Assembly (NCBI GenBank): GCA_938031185.1
Contig: CALHGX010000009.1
Coordinates: forward strand, 106,837-170,836
Length of the DNA stretch: 64,000 nt
From: an uncultured bacterium
GTDB taxonomy: Bacteria > Verrucomicrobiota > Kiritimatiellia > CAIKKV01 > CALHGX01
Direction: 5' to 3'
Position numbers and translations under genes: made by a program. The notes under the pieces were generated by a model. It saw only the letters and a list, made by a program, of their open reading frames with translations. It was not told where the DNA came from and made no database searches. Of the stretch, positions 48,389-57,597 are shown in pieces. Numbering within the stretch: the stretch's first letter is position 1; each line of letters begins with the position of its first letter.

Positions 48389-48405
48389 AAGCGACGACCG
48401 TGCCA
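48389..48405 (-). promoter_or_regulatory. Putative sigma54 (-24/-12) promoter upstream of the acyltransferase
   Basis: TTGGCACGGTCGTCGCT, i.e. TGGCAC with exact GG-N10-GC spacing, 36 nt before the start codon. Confidence 0.5.
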
Positions 48406-48644
48406 ACTGTGGTGCTCCATCCGTATTTGCGCTCTCGGCGCAGAGTCGAGCCGCTTCAGGAAGCGTTTTCGGCCGCTCACAGAGCCTCCCACAAGAACAA
48501 GGCGTCTTGACCCGCATACTCCAGAATACACATCGCCAGCCAATTGCATTTCGCCGTATGCGCTCTCGTGGCTTCCCGCTGGTCCTCCATGTTTTGGTCT
48601 CGCCAACAACGCCGACAATCTGAAACAATCCAGGAGAGGCAGTC

Positions 48645-49949
48645 ATGCGGCGCATTCCGAATTGGCGGAACGGACGGAACATTACTCCGCAACGCGTGGG
48701 ATTTGTTTCCACACGTTTTGCGGGCACCGACGGCGTTTCCCTCGAGTCCGCCAAATGGGCGGAAGTGCTGCGCCAGGACTCCCATGATTGCTTCTGGTAC
48801 GCTGGACGCCATGATCGCGCCGATGCCGAAAGCTTCTGCGTTCCCGAGGCTTTTTTCGGGCATCCCGAAAATGTCTGGATCAACGAACGGATCTGGGGGT
48901 GTACGGCCCGGTCGCCGCTGGTGACGAGGCGCATCCTCGAAATGGCCGACTATCTCAAGCACACATTGTACGAGTTCGTTGCCTGGTTCGACCCTACCCT
49001 GTTGGTGTTCGAGAATGTCCTTTCCATCCCGATGCACGTCCCCCTGGGCATCGCCGCTACGCATTTTCTTTCCGAAACCCATCTGCCGGCTATTGCTCAC
49101 CATCACGATTTTTTCTGGGAACGCACCCGTTTTTCTGTCAACGGCGTAAACGATTTCCTCGACATGGCGTTCCCGCCCCGCGACCGCGATTTGCGCCATG
49201 TGGTCATCAACCAGACGGCGCAGGAAGATCTCGCCCACCGGCGTGGCGTCGCCTCCCATCTCATTCCAAATGTGCTCGATTTCGATCATCCGCCCGAACC
49301 CATGGACGACTATGCACGGGACGCTCGCGCGGCGATCGGCTTGGATCCGCAGGACATAATGATCCTGCAGCCGACGCGCGTGGTCCCTCGCAAGGGCATC
49401 GAATGGGCCATCCAACTCGTGCGGATGCTCGGCAATCCCCGCTACAAACTTGTGGTTTCACATGAATCCGGAGACGAAGGCGACCTGTACGCTGAAGCCC
49501 TGCTCCATATGGCCCGGCAATCCGGGGTTGACCTCCGTTTCTTTTCGGCTCGCGTGGCTGGCGCTCGAGGGATCGCCCGTGACGGCTCCAAAATCTACAG
49601 TCTGGGCGATATCTATCGCCACGCGGCCCTGGTCACCTATCCCAGTCTTTACGAGGGCTTCGGCAATGCCTTTCTCGAAGCTGTCTACTACAAAGTACCG
49701 GTGCTGGTGAACCGTTACGCCATCTTCGGGCGGGATATTGAGCCTAAAGGCTTCCGCTGCCCCATCATGGAGGGGTTTCTCACGGAACAGGTCGTGGCGG
49801 AAGTGCGTCGTGTGCTGGAAGACGAACCCTATCGCCGCCAGATGGTGGAGCACAATTATTGCGTTGCGGCCCGGCACTACGGTCACGCCGAACTTCGACG
49901 ATGTCTCCGCTCGCTGCTGCTCGAAATGGAGGGCACCCAGTCCGTATGA
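48645..49949 (+). CDS. GT4 glycosyltransferase, mannosylglucosyl-3-phosphoglycerate synthase-like
   Basis: GFVSTRFAGTDGVSLE..KW, HHHDFFWER, QPTRVVPRKGIE, YPSLYEGFGNAFLEA; AGGAG SD. Confidence 0.8.
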   Translation: MRRIPNWRNGRNITPQRVGFVSTRFAGTDGVSLESAKWAEVLRQDSHDCFWYAGRHDRADAESFCVPEAFFGHPENVWINERIWGCTARSPLVTRRILEMADYLKHTLYEFVAWFDPTLLVFENVLSIPMHVPLGIAATHFLSETHLPAIAHHHDFFWERTRFSVNGVNDFLDMAFPPRDRDLRHVVINQTAQEDLAHRRGVASHLIPNVLDFDHPPEPMDDYARDARAAIGLDPQDIMILQPTRVVPRKGIEWAIQLVRMLGNPRYKLVVSHESGDEGDLYAEALLHMARQSGVDLRFFSARVAGARGIARDGSKIYSLGDIYRHAALVTYPSLYEGFGNAFLEAVYYKVPVLVNRYAIFGRDIEPKGFRCPIMEGFLTEQVVAEVRRVLEDEPYRRQMVEHNYCVAARHYGHAELRRCLRSLLLEMEGTQSV

Positions 49950-51667
49950 ATCCATGGCTGCATCGGCTGTCCACCACCAATGTGCCTGCCCGGCTCGCCC
50001 GCCTGTATGGCAACCGCGCCAACTCCTGCCTGCGGCGCATGACCATGCTGGTCGGCCGTTATGGTCTGGGCGCAGAACCGCCGCCTGCGCCAGCACAACC
50101 CCGATTCAGCGAGCGGGATGCCATCCTGATCGTGTACGGCGACCACGTTCAGGCCCCCCCAGAAAAGCCGCTCGCCGTCCTCGCGCGTTTCCTGGAACAA
50201 CATGCCGCCCCCTTCAACATCCTGCACCTGCTGCCCTTCTTCCCTTATTCCTCCGACGACGGCTTCTCCGTGATTCACTTCCGAACAGTTCGACCGGACC
50301 TCGGAACGTGGTCCGATGTGCAACGGCTGGCCGCCCCCCGCCTCTTAATGGTGGACCTCGTGCTCAATCATTTGTCCTCTCGCAGCAACTGGTTTAATGA
50401 TTTCCTCGGAGATATTGCTCCGGCACGCGACTATATTCTTACGGTGCCGCCCGAGACCGACTTGCATTCCGTTTTCCGCCCCCGCACCCATCCCCTGTTG
50501 ACCCCCTTCCGGACGGCCACGGGGGCCATACGCCATGTGTGGACCACGTTCAGCCCGGATCAGGTCGACCTCGACTACCGTAATCCGGATGTTCTTTTCG
50601 AGATGCTGGACATCCTGCTTTTCTACGTTTCCATGGGCGCCCGCTGGATACGGCTGGACGCCGTGGCCTACCTTTGGAAAACCATTGGCACAGATTGTCT
50701 CCATCGCCCCCAAACGCATGAGATCGTCAAACTGATGCGCGACCTCCTTTCCCTCGTGGCGCCAGACACCCTTCTGATCACCGAAACCAACGTCCCTCAC
50801 AAGGACAACGTTTCTTACTTTGGAGAGGGGGATGAGGCCCATCTGGTCTATCAGTTCCCGTTGCCGCCCTTGCTTTTGCTGGCCTTTGCCCAAGGTGACG
50901 CGTCGCGCTTGAGTCAGTGGGTCGCCGCGCTGCAACCGCCGCCCGCGGGTTGCACCTTTCTCAACTTTACGGCCTCGCATGACGGCATCGGCTTGCAGCC
51001 TCTTCGCGGTCTGGCCGGCGACGCCGAACGCACGGCCCTCCTTGATCATGTGCGCGCCGCCGGGGGATGCATCTCGCTCACGCGCGAACCCGATGGGATC
51101 GAAACGCCTTATGAGGCCAACATCACATGGTTCGCGGCGCTGCGAAGCCATGGCCACGGCTCCGAAGAGGCCTCTCTCAAGCGGTTCCTTTGCTCACAAG
51201 CAATTTGCTTCGCCCTTCAAGGCGTACCGGCCGTGTACTTCGGCGCATGGGTGGCCGCCGACAACGATGCGAACGGCATGAAGACCTCCGGCCACGCTCG
51301 AGCCATCAACCGCCATAAGTGGCGAGAAGAGGAACTGGAAACGCTGCTGACCGATCCCGACTCCACTACGAGCGGGGCGCTCCACGGCATCAATCGCCTC
51401 CTTCTGGCACGGGCCTCTCACGACGCCTTCCATCCTGAAGCTCAACAAGAGGTGCTCCATTTGGACCGGCGCGTATTCGCCGTCGCCAGAACTTCCAAGG
51501 CCGGAGATCGCGTGCTCTGTCTGCACAACGTGACCGGCGAAACCGTGCGAATAGACCTGCCCCAAGGGCAAACGGGAGTTCGCAACCTGATTGCCGACGG
51601 CTATGCCCCCTCGCGGGAAGTGCGCCTAAATGCCTACGAGGCCGCGTGGCTCGCGCTTGGAGGCTGA
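49946..51667 (+). CDS. GH13_18 sugar phosphorylase, glucosylglycerate phosphorylase-like
   Basis: HLLPFFP.SSDDGF, DLVLNH, WTTFSPDQVDL, RLDAVAY, ITETN, ASHDGIG, PYEANIT; ATG overlaps GT4 stop. Confidence 0.87.
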   Translation: MNPWLHRLSTTNVPARLARLYGNRANSCLRRMTMLVGRYGLGAEPPPAPAQPRFSERDAILIVYGDHVQAPPEKPLAVLARFLEQHAAPFNILHLLPFFPYSSDDGFSVIHFRTVRPDLGTWSDVQRLAAPRLLMVDLVLNHLSSRSNWFNDFLGDIAPARDYILTVPPETDLHSVFRPRTHPLLTPFRTATGAIRHVWTTFSPDQVDLDYRNPDVLFEMLDILLFYVSMGARWIRLDAVAYLWKTIGTDCLHRPQTHEIVKLMRDLLSLVAPDTLLITETNVPHKDNVSYFGEGDEAHLVYQFPLPPLLLLAFAQGDASRLSQWVAALQPPPAGCTFLNFTASHDGIGLQPLRGLAGDAERTALLDHVRAAGGCISLTREPDGIETPYEANITWFAALRSHGHGSEEASLKRFLCSQAICFALQGVPAVYFGAWVAADNDANGMKTSGHARAINRHKWREEELETLLTDPDSTTSGALHGINRLLLARASHDAFHPEAQQEVLHLDRRVFAVARTSKAGDRVLCLHNVTGETVRIDLPQGQTGVRNLIADGYAPSREVRLNAYEAAWLALGG

Positions 51668-52770
51668 CGCCCAAACGCCATATTCTCTTTGAATCGTGCC
51701 GCTTCCAATGTCTGCAGGAACCGGGCGGCGCTCTCTGCCAGCGAATACTCCGAGGCCACGAGACGCTGGGCCGCCAATCCCATGGCCCGGCGGCGGAACG
51801 GATCATGGATCAGCGCCGCCAAAGCCTCAGCCAACGCCAAACTGTTGCCGGGCTCCGTCAGCAACGCCGTCTCGCCCTCGCGGCAATACTCGGGTATGCC
51901 GCCGACCCGCGAAGCCACCAAAGGCAGTCCGGCAGCGGCGCCCTCGAGAATCACGTATCCCGACCCTTCGCTGCGGGAAGGTAGCGCCACCAGGTCCGAG
52001 GCTCGAAGCCACGGCCTCACGTCATCCTGGAAACCCGCAAAATCCACATGACGTCTCACGCCCAAATCGGACGCCATCGCCTTGTAGTCCACCCGACTGG
52101 CGTCGCCGACCAGCAAAAGCCGCGGGCCTTCTCCGCAACGCTGGAGCACGATGCGCCAGGCTTCCAGCAAAACATCGGTCCCCTTGATGGGGGCTAGGCG
52201 CCCCACGTAAACCACTCGACAACGGCTTGAAGGCAAGCCTTGCGCTTCTGGTCCATCCGCGTAGCGTTCCACACGGATGCCATGCCGCAAGACAACCACC
52301 TGCTGCTCCCGCAAGTATCCACCCCCCGCTCGAAGCATATCTTGGCGCACGGCTTCAGACGGAACGAGAACGCCGTCGATCAGGTGACGAACGGTGAGCA
52401 GGTTGATCCGACTCGGCCGCAAATCCCCCAAGGCGCCTCGCCGTACCCACAAAGAACACCGCCGGCCGGCACGCGCCAGTGCCGCCACTCGAACTTCCTT
52501 GTAGTTCTTGGCGCAAACCGCCTGCACGCCATGCCGCCGCATCCACGCCGCAAGCCGAATTGCCGCCACAACTTCGAATCCTGCCACGATCCGAAGCGGC
52601 AACGTGGGGAAGCCCATGGCTCGTGCCTGACAAAGGAATCCGCTCTGCCTTCGCCCGCCCATGGCCGCCCAGTGTCCCGCGCGAACCAATTCGGCGCCCA
52701 TATTGAGCATCCAGCGTTCCACGCCATAGACGCCGACGGCGGCGTTCATGTTCAGGAACAAAACGCGCAT
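51634..52770 (-). CDS. GT4 family glycosyltransferase
   Basis: YGVE, YVGRLAPIKG, FAGFQDDV, LPSRSEG...LEG, ASRVGGIPE. Confidence 0.9.
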   Translation of the reverse strand: MRVLFLNMNAAVGVYGVERWMLNMGAELVRAGHWAAMGGRRQSGFLCQARAMGFPTLPLRIVAGFEVVAAIRLAAWMRRHGVQAVCAKNYKEVRVAALARAGRRCSLWVRRGALGDLRPSRINLLTVRHLIDGVLVPSEAVRQDMLRAGGGYLREQQVVVLRHGIRVERYADGPEAQGLPSSRCRVVYVGRLAPIKGTDVLLEAWRIVLQRCGEGPRLLLVGDASRVDYKAMASDLGVRRHVDFAGFQDDVRPWLRASDLVALPSRSEGSGYVILEGAAAGLPLVASRVGGIPEYCREGETALLTEPGNSLALAEALAALIHDPFRRRAMGLAAQRLVASEYSLAESAARFLQTLEAARFKENMAFGRQPPSASHAAS

Positions 52771-52850
52771 CACCCACCCCCCTTGCCGGCGATATTCGCA
52801 AGGACAACCAGGTGCGCTTCGACCGCCGTCGTCCACGGCCGTGCCGGTGC

Positions 52851-53405
52851 TCAACACGGCAAGTCGGATGAAAGGACTTCATCCAACAACGGCAGCGCCG
52901 CGTCCTTACGGGAAAGAATCGGTTGCGAGAGCGGCCACACGATGCCGATGCGCGGATCGGACCACCGCACCCCCCGCTCGCTCGCCGGGTCATAGTAGTC
53001 GGAGCACTTGTAGGCGACGTCCGCGGCGTCGCTCAACACACAAAACCCGTGAGCAAACCCCGCCGGAATGAAAAGCTGGCAGCGGTTTTCCTCCGACAAC
53101 ACTCGTCCCGTCCATCGTCCGAACGTGGGAGAATCCCGGCGCAGATCCACGGCTACATCGAAAATTTCGCCCCAGATCACTGAGACCAATTTGGCCTGTG
53201 CCCGCTGCGCCTGATAGTGCAGCCCGCGCAGCACACCTCGGCGCGAATGCGAATAATTATCCTGCACAAAGCGACAGGTGAGCCCCAGTTGCCGGTACCT
53301 TTCCTCGTGAAACGTCTCCATGAACAAGCCACGCTCATCCTCGAAAACATCAGGCCGAAACAACCACACATCCGGCAAGTCCGTCGCTTCTCGCGTAAGG
53401 GGCAT
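52851..53405 (-). CDS. rfbC: dTDP-4-dehydrorhamnose 3,5-epimerase
   Basis: DERGLFMETF, QDNYS.S, LRGLHYQ, DVAVDLR, GFAHGF, YKC. Confidence 0.96.
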   Translation of the reverse strand: MPLTREATDLPDVWLFRPDVFEDERGLFMETFHEERYRQLGLTCRFVQDNYSHSRRGVLRGLHYQAQRAQAKLVSVIWGEIFDVAVDLRRDSPTFGRWTGRVLSEENRCQLFIPAGFAHGFCVLSDAADVAYKCSDYYDPASERGVRWSDPRIGIVWPLSQPILSRKDAALPLLDEVLSSDLPC

Positions 53406-53411
53406 GGCTAT

Positions 53412-54284
53412 TCAAATCTCCTCGCGGGCCATCCGCTGCAAATAGGCGCCGTACTCGCTCCGGGCCATGGCCGCCCCCATCCGTTCCAACTCCTCTTTGC
53501 CGACATACCCCAAACGATAGGCCAGTTCCTCCACACAGGCGATCTTCAGACCCTGCCGCTGCTCAATGGTTTGCACGAAGTTCGCCGCCTGCAACAAGGA
53601 CTCGTGTGTCCCCGTGTCAAACCACGCTATTCCCCGTCCGATCCGCTCAACCCGCAATGCGCCCCTTCTCAAATAGTCCAGGTTCAAATCCGTGATCTCC
53701 AGTTCACCCCGTGCCGAAGGCTTCAACTTGGCGGCCACATCCGCCACTCCGCTGTCGTAAAAGTAGAGGCCCGGCACTGCGTAACGCGACCGGGGTTTTT
53801 GCGGCTTCTCTTCGATGCTCACCGCGCGGCCCGACGCATCGAACTGCACCACCCCGTAACGCTCCGGGTCCGTCACCGGATAGCCGAAAATCAAACCGCC
53901 TTCTCGCAATCGGCCCGCCTCGCGCAGCAGTTCGCGCAGCCCCTGCCCATAGAAGATGTTGTCCCCCAAAATCAACCCGACGGGTTCCGAGCCAATGAAG
54001 TCGCGCCCGATAAGAAAAGCCTGCGCCAACCCCTCCGGTCGCGGCTGCTCGGCATATTGAAACCGCAAACCCCATTGTTCGCCTCCGCCCAGCAACCGCC
54101 GAAACAGCGGCAGGTCCTCCGGAGTGGAAATGACCAGGATGTCCCGTATGCCCGCCAGCATGAGCACGGACAACGGATAGTACACCATCGGCTTGTCATA
54201 AACCGGCAACAACTGCTTGCTCACCACACGTGTGATCGGATGCAAACGCGTGCCGGCGCCACCCGCCAGAATGATCCCTTTCAT
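53412..54284 (-). CDS. rfbA: Glucose-1-phosphate thymidylyltransferase
   Basis: [53 protein letters not shown]. Confidence 0.97.
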   Translation of the reverse strand: MKGIILAGGAGTRLHPITRVVSKQLLPVYDKPMVYYPLSVLMLAGIRDILVISTPEDLPLFRRLLGGGEQWGLRFQYAEQPRPEGLAQAFLIGRDFIGSEPVGLILGDNIFYGQGLRELLREAGRLREGGLIFGYPVTDPERYGVVQFDASGRAVSIEEKPQKPRSRYAVPGLYFYDSGVADVAAKLKPSARGELEITDLNLDYLRRGALRVERIGRGIAWFDTGTHESLLQAANFVQTIEQRQGLKIACVEELAYRLGYVGKEELERMGAAMARSEYGAYLQRMAREEI

Positions 54285-54299
54285 CCCCCTCGCCCTTTC

Positions 54300-55349
54300 T
54301 CAACCGTAGTGCTCTTTGATCCACTGCCGGTACGCGCCCGTGCGAACCTGTTCCACCCAGTCGTTCCGCGTCCGATACCACTCCACCGTTTTCCTCAATC
54401 CGCTGGCGAACGACTCTCGCGGACGCCACCCGAGTTCCGTTTCGATCCGCGTCGTGTCGATCGCGTAACGCCGGTCATGGCCGGGTCTGTCTTTCACAAA
54501 CGTGATTAGCGCACGCCGGGGCCCGGATGGCAAAGGGGCGCACACTTCGTCCACCAAATCGCAAATCATCTCGACCACCCGCAGGTTCTCCATCTCGTTG
54601 CGGCCGCCAATATTGTATGTCCGGCCCTCCTGCCCCTTGCGCAGCACAAGCCACAGCGCTTCGCAATGATCACGCACATAAAGCCAGTCTCGAACATGCC
54701 GCCCATCCCCGTAAACCGGAAGCGATCGTCCCTCCATGGCGTTCAATATCATGAGCGGCACCAACTTCTCGGGGAACTGATACGGCCCATAATTGTTGGA
54801 GCAGTTCGAGAGCGTGACCGGCAGACCATATGTGGCGTGATAAGCTCGCACCAAATGGTCAGACGCGGCTTTCGATGCCGAATAGGGACTGTTCGGCCGA
54901 TATGGCGTGTCTTCCGTAAAAAGTCCCGTCGGCCCCAGCGAGCCGAACACTTCATCCGTGCTCACGTGATGAAAACGGCCAATGCGATCCCGGCGTTCAC
55001 GAACCAGTTCAAGCAACGTGTACGCGCCCACGATATTCGTCTGAATGAATTGCTGCGGCCGCACAATCGAACGATCCACATGCGACTCCGCGGCCAAATG
55101 GCATACGGCATCCACCTGTTGCTCATCCATCAGCGCCCCCATGGCCTCACGGTCGCTGATGTCCGCCTTCACAAACAGGTACCGGTCGCCGTGCCGGATG
55201 GCTACGTCAGACAAACTCAACGGGTTGGCCGCATAGGTCAGGCAATCGGCATTGACGATCCGCCCCGCAAAGTCGCTCTCGTCCAGCAGGTATCGAATGA
55301 AGTTCACCCCGATAAACCCGCATCCCCCCGTCACTAGAAGCGTCTTCAT
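54300..55349 (-). CDS. rfbB: dTDP-glucose 4,6-dehydratase
   Basis: VTGGCGFIG, HLAAESHVDRSI, HVSTDEV, PYSASKA, NNYGPYQFPEKL, DRPGHDRRY. Confidence 0.97.
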   Translation of the reverse strand: MKTLLVTGGCGFIGVNFIRYLLDESDFAGRIVNADCLTYAANPLSLSDVAIRHGDRYLFVKADISDREAMGALMDEQQVDAVCHLAAESHVDRSIVRPQQFIQTNIVGAYTLLELVRERRDRIGRFHHVSTDEVFGSLGPTGLFTEDTPYRPNSPYSASKAASDHLVRAYHATYGLPVTLSNCSNNYGPYQFPEKLVPLMILNAMEGRSLPVYGDGRHVRDWLYVRDHCEALWLVLRKGQEGRTYNIGGRNEMENLRVVEMICDLVDEVCAPLPSGPRRALITFVKDRPGHDRRYAIDTTRIETELGWRPRESFASGLRKTVEWYRTRNDWVEQVRTGAYRQWIKEHYG

Positions 55350-55427
55350 CGCGGTCTACTTTCAGCAGCGAAATATGGCCTTGTCAACCACGCATTTGAC
55401 TTGGCAGAAAATGACGCTTTACCTGTC

Positions 55428-55457
55428 TTGCCGACTTGCGAACCGGCTCTGTATACT
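55428..55457 (+). promoter_or_regulatory. Probable sigma70 promoter of the O-antigen ligase-family operon
   Basis: TTGCCG-18 nt-TATACT, then 9 nt to ATG 55467; no SD. Confidence 0.5.
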
Positions 55458-55466
55458 GGCCGCGAA

Positions 55467-57245
55467 ATGCCCGTGGCAACATTGGCGCTCCTCGGCGGCC
55501 TCATCGGCCTTGCATGGTTTGGGGCCGGCCTCGTCCCCGGCGCGGTGGCGCCCATGGCCGCACTTTGGTGGGCTTGCGCCGGCTGGCTGCACCTGCGACA
55601 ATCACCACCCACCGAAAAGGCCCCGCCGCCCTTTCCCCGCCCATCGCTCTTCGCTACGCTATGGGTGTTCTACCTTTTCTTTATGCTGTGCCCTCTGCCG
55701 TATTTTTTCTCGGCATGGATGGGCCCCCTCCGCCATAGCCAGCATATGGCGGTGCGCGACGCCCTCGCGGATGCCGCCCGCCTGGGCTGGCTGAACGAGA
55801 GCCAACCCTGGTTCGCCCTGACAAGGAACCGCGCCGGCACTTTTCGCGTGCTATTGCTGACGCTGGCCGCCTTCGGCGCCGGCACCCTCGTTCGCGGGCT
55901 CTCCTCGTCATGGCGTCGGCGTGTGATTCGCGTGCTGCTGCTGTTGGGCGCAGCCGTCGGCATATTGGGGTACTTGGGCCAATGGGTTTTCAAGCAGGGA
56001 TTCACGCTCTGGTGGTATTTCCCCGTTCCGCCAATCCTGCCCGGCCCGGTGGGCGGATTCATCAACCGCAATCACTTCGGCGGATTTCTCGCCCTCCTGT
56101 GCCCGATGGCCATTGGCCTTATGGCGGATGACTGGGCCGCCCGTCGGCGCGGAGCGGTGCTGCTGGATGTGGCGTGCCTGGGGGCCATGGTCTACGCGCT
56201 GGCATGGTCGCTTTCCCGCGGCGCTTGGCTGGCATTTGCAGGCGGCGTCCTTGTCGCCCTTTTCCGGCTCGAGCGCCGTCGTGTCGCACCGCTTCTAGCC
56301 ATCATCAGCGTGCTCGTCTTGCTCGGGCTGACGCTGGTCCGGTTGCCCGCCTTCCCCGTACTGCGTCAGCGTATTGAGACCCTCCGAGCCCCGTTGGATT
56401 CCACCAGCGCGGAAAAGCGCCTGAACGCGTGGCGCGAGATCCCTCGCATTTGGCTCGATTATCCCGTCGTCGGCATCGGTCCCAACGCCCTGCGCATGAT
56501 ATATCCTCAATACCGCTGGACCACCTCCGGTCAGTGGCTCGTTCACGCCGAAAACCACTACATCGAATGGGCCGTGGACACGGGGCTGGTTGGTACGATC
56601 GTGCTCGCCCTCATGGGGATCAGCCTGGCTCTGACCATCCGCCATGCGGGCGGGCCGCCTCTGGCCAATCGAGGCGTTGTGGCCGGCAGCGCCGGAGCCG
56701 TGACGGTGGCCGCCTTGCATGCCGCCGTGGACTTCGCCCTGTTGGTGCCGCTTTATGCCACAGCGCTGGCCATCCTGATCGCGGTACGGCTTCCTCCGCT
56801 CAGAGCGACGACCGATCGTCCATGGACCGCGGGACGAACCAGCGCCATCCCCTCCCTGGCGGCTTTGCTGATCGCCGTGACACTCCATTTTCGGCCGGGA
56901 GGCGCGGTTCATCAGATGGATGCCCACGAATTCCTCCAGCAGGCCGATCCACCAGCCTTACGGACGGCGCTCGTTTGGGCCCCCACTTCATGGCACGCAT
57001 GGTACTACCTCGGAAGGGCCGCCTGCGAAGAGGCCGTGCGGCGAAACGATATCCGCCTTTCCGCCTTCGGCGAGGAATGCGTCACGCAAGCCGCCGCGTA
57101 CGATCCGAACAACTATCGCCTGTGGCATGAACTGGGGATCCTGCGCATGAATATGGGCCTCCGCCGTCAAGCCAGCGAAGCATTCCGCCGGGCCCAAAGC
57201 CTTCGCCCATGGATGACGCCCCCCCCGGAATGGAAGGACAACTGA
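55467..57245 (+). CDS. O-antigen ligase (Wzy_C) family membrane protein with C-terminal TPR-like region
   Basis: Many TM helices; FINRNHFGGFL, SLSRGAW, GIGP, HAENHYIE...GLVG; helical C-terminus with AWYYLG and LWHELG. Confidence 0.85.
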   Translation: MPVATLALLGGLIGLAWFGAGLVPGAVAPMAALWWACAGWLHLRQSPPTEKAPPPFPRPSLFATLWVFYLFFMLCPLPYFFSAWMGPLRHSQHMAVRDALADAARLGWLNESQPWFALTRNRAGTFRVLLLTLAAFGAGTLVRGLSSSWRRRVIRVLLLLGAAVGILGYLGQWVFKQGFTLWWYFPVPPILPGPVGGFINRNHFGGFLALLCPMAIGLMADDWAARRRGAVLLDVACLGAMVYALAWSLSRGAWLAFAGGVLVALFRLERRRVAPLLAIISVLVLLGLTLVRLPAFPVLRQRIETLRAPLDSTSAEKRLNAWREIPRIWLDYPVVGIGPNALRMIYPQYRWTTSGQWLVHAENHYIEWAVDTGLVGTIVLALMGISLALTIRHAGGPPLANRGVVAGSAGAVTVAALHAAVDFALLVPLYATALAILIAVRLPPLRATTDRPWTAGRTSAIPSLAALLIAVTLHFRPGGAVHQMDAHEFLQQADPPALRTALVWAPTSWHAWYYLGRAACEEAVRRNDIRLSAFGEECVTQAAAYDPNNYRLWHELGILRMNMGLRRQASEAFRRAQSLRPWMTPPPEWKDN

Positions 57246-57246
57246 C

Positions 57247-57597
57247 GTGGCCGACGCCAACCACTTGTTGATCGGGGCCCTCGGGCCTTTCCTCCTGGCG
57301 CTGTTGCTCTACACGCTGCGAGGCGGCCGGGCGCCGCTCTGGCTGCTTATCGCCGCGCCGCTGTTGATGGCCCTCGGCGCACTATGGGCCGTTGCCCCCG
57401 ACCTCCCTCGTCTGTTCGGGTATCACGACCTGTACATGCGCTGGGCGTTCGACCCGCGCATGAACATCTTTTTCTGGCACTACAGCATTGATCAAAGGGA
57501 AACGGATCCCCCCTGGTATGCCGCCGGGTTGGTGCTCATGGCCGCCGCCCTGCTGGCCGCCGCATGGAATGAGCTTCGCCGGGAGGAACATGGCTGA
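57247..57597 (+). CDS. Small membrane protein, paralog A (H...PD...H pattern)
   Basis: 116 aa, 3 hydrophobic segments, GALWAVAPDLPRLFG and MNIFFWHYSIDQ; 1 nt after the upstream stop. Confidence 0.7.
   Translation: MADANHLLIGALGPFLLALLLYTLRGGRAPLWLLIAAPLLMALGALWAVAPDLPRLFGYHDLYMRWAFDPRMNIFFWHYSIDQRETDPPWYAAGLVLMAAALLAAAWNELRREEHG

Noticed and set aside
48353..48934. 544-aa version of the acyltransferase ORF
   Set aside because: The extension overlaps the divergent GT4 gene and the intergenic region; AT3 motifs and the SD begin at 48352
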